Position numbers and translations under genes: made by a program | NCBI GenBank assembly: GCA_965637545.1 | Contig: OZ281500.1 | Location: forward strand, 3,534,001 to 3,598,000 | Source: Phallusia mammillata | Taxonomy: Eukaryota | Length of the DNA: 64,000 nucleotides | Reading direction: 5' to 3' | The notes under the pieces: model-generated | The model's database searches: none | What the model was told of the DNA's origin: nothing | The model's input: the letters and a program-made list of their open reading frames with translations, nothing else | Shown here: piece by piece, positions 62,490-64,000 of the stretch | How positions within the stretch are numbered: position 1 is the first letter of the stretch | Layout of the letters: each line of letters opens with the position of its first letter

Positions 62490-64000
62490 TTTTATCGTAC
62501 CATTATAGTATCAGGATCCTTGGTTAAAACCATTAAATCTCAAAAGCAATCCGTTGTTGTATCTTGTTGAACTTTCAAGATGTTACGTTTTGTAAAAAAA
62601 TTCAAAACACTAGACAAAAATCATTCCTTTAAAATTTGCCCCAATACTTTTAACCGGATTTCAAATCGTGCCTTTTCTTGGGCTTGATGCATGGCACGTT
62701 TTATTTCCCCAAAACCATAACTTTTCCGGGCCATTACTAAGAACCCCGCCATAAAACCAACCACATGTTAATGGTAGCATTAACTCTTGACCTTTTCCAT
62801 TAACCTATAAACGTTAACCTTTTGAAGGTTCGTGAAACCAACGTCTAAACCCCAAATATCTGATTCATAGCAGTATCGCATTACATTGCAACAAAACAAA
62901 ACAGTTTGTTCTTACTGTAACGTTTTCTGTCGCGTGTTCCCCTTTTTCACGCAAACGTCACACAGTGTGGCTCAATAAAAAACGCGGACACCATAAGGGA
63001 ACGACAATTCGTTTTAATGGTATGGTCAATTCCGCTTTTTCTGCACAAGAAAAACGAAAGCATATAAAGCATGAATCACAATATAACACGCAATAAAGTA
63101 AACATACCGACTGTTTGGCCACAGGGGTTTTGGTATTAAATGATGCTTTAAAGGCCGAACAAATCCTGCACAAACAACCAAACATTTACAGGTTTAGAAC
63201 AAAACTTCACATTACAGTACAAAGCCAAACTTACCCGCAAAATGATTCACAAATGCAGCTTTATCAAACTCAGCAATTTATTTATACTTTCTAGCTGCTA
63301 AATAAAGGTATCAGAGTTTAGATTGATGGCTTCAATTCAAATTATGCCTGTCAGCAGTTCACAAACGTACACCACGAGGAACACTAACTGTTGCGTCACA
63401 GGACAATTGTTATACGTTTTGCTGGGCAAAGTTATGTTCACAACAGTTGGCGAAAACGACGTAACAGTTACGTTGTTTACTAGCTACATGAAAAGAAGCG
63501 AGTTGCATCACAAAATGTTGAACTATGCATCTCAATTTTCTAACATGGTTAATACCAACAGTGCAGTTTTAGTCTTAATTATTTCCCCTTTTAGGTCGTC
63601 TACTTCACTGCTACATTCCCGTACATCATCCTACTGGTGCTTTTAGTGCGAGGATGTACGCTAGACGGCGCTCTTGGAGGCATCCATTTTTATCTCAAAC
63701 CCAATATGACCAAGCTTCTAGAACCCAATGTACGTTTCAATTATTTTTTTGTTGTACCACATATGTGCTTGTATAGTTTAACCGGGTCACTATTGACTCG
63801 TAACAAAACGACGATTGTCTGGTTTTCGTGACCACGTCACGTAGTCAGTTTGCCGTCATTCTGCAATACGTCACTCTCCTTTACATGTCATTGTGTTATT
63901 CCTATGCAATTTGTTTTGCTACTATGGTGGCTTTCGGTAGCTACAACCAGTTTCATATGGACTGTTACAGGTACTGTATTTGTTCGTGCATGTTTTTATC

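Larger units (their letters stand above)
58418..63970 (+). pseudogene. Second SLC6 paralogue, probably pseudogenised; continues beyond the window
   Basis: Exons 58418-58506, 58636-58742, 58921-59051, 59109-59240, 61058-61193, 63595-63729, about 63893-63970. Exon sizes match the first SLC6 (107, 131, 136, 135 nt). The TM3 exon is 5 nt longer (frameshift), the EL2 exon is not found, and the 5' part of the TM6 exon is non-homologous. Confidence 0.75.

Noticed and set aside
1-64000. CRISPR arrays, rRNA genes, U12-type introns, prokaryotic operons
   Set aside because: No repeat-spacer arrays, rRNA motifs or GTATCCTT donors seen; the DNA is eukaryotic.

Overview
AT-rich, compact animal genomic DNA with many short GT-AG introns, most consistent with an invertebrate chordate such as an ascidian (inference). 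Exons were assembled by hand from splice sites and phase; for the six intact models the summed exon lengths are multiples of 3. Genes: CCT2 (minus, 536 aa, one GC-AG intron); a 386-aa DH(RhoGEF)-PH protein with a DAPP1/TAPP-type PH domain; an orphan 328-aa poly-Asp/TM/Thr-rich type II membrane protein with candidate alternative last exons; a KLHL9/13/26-like BTB-BACK-Kelch gene; EFHC1 (three DM10 domains, no EF-hand tail found); an intact SLC6 transporter; and a tandem SLC6 paralogue that appears to be decaying and runs off the window end. Mobile DNA: a Penelope-like RT/GIY-YIG element with a degenerate hammerhead core, a tRNA-only SINE family, a Buster-type hAT element with TIRs and TSD, a near-identical inverted TIR-less copy of its interior inside the second SLC6, and several hAT MITEs. 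Most notable: the DH plus DAPP1-type PH architecture, the orphan acidic/mucin gene, the lesions in the second SLC6 (a 5-bp TA-GCC-TA insertion and an exon apparently replaced by the hAT fragment), and an unexplained run of six hairpins at 54078-54215.
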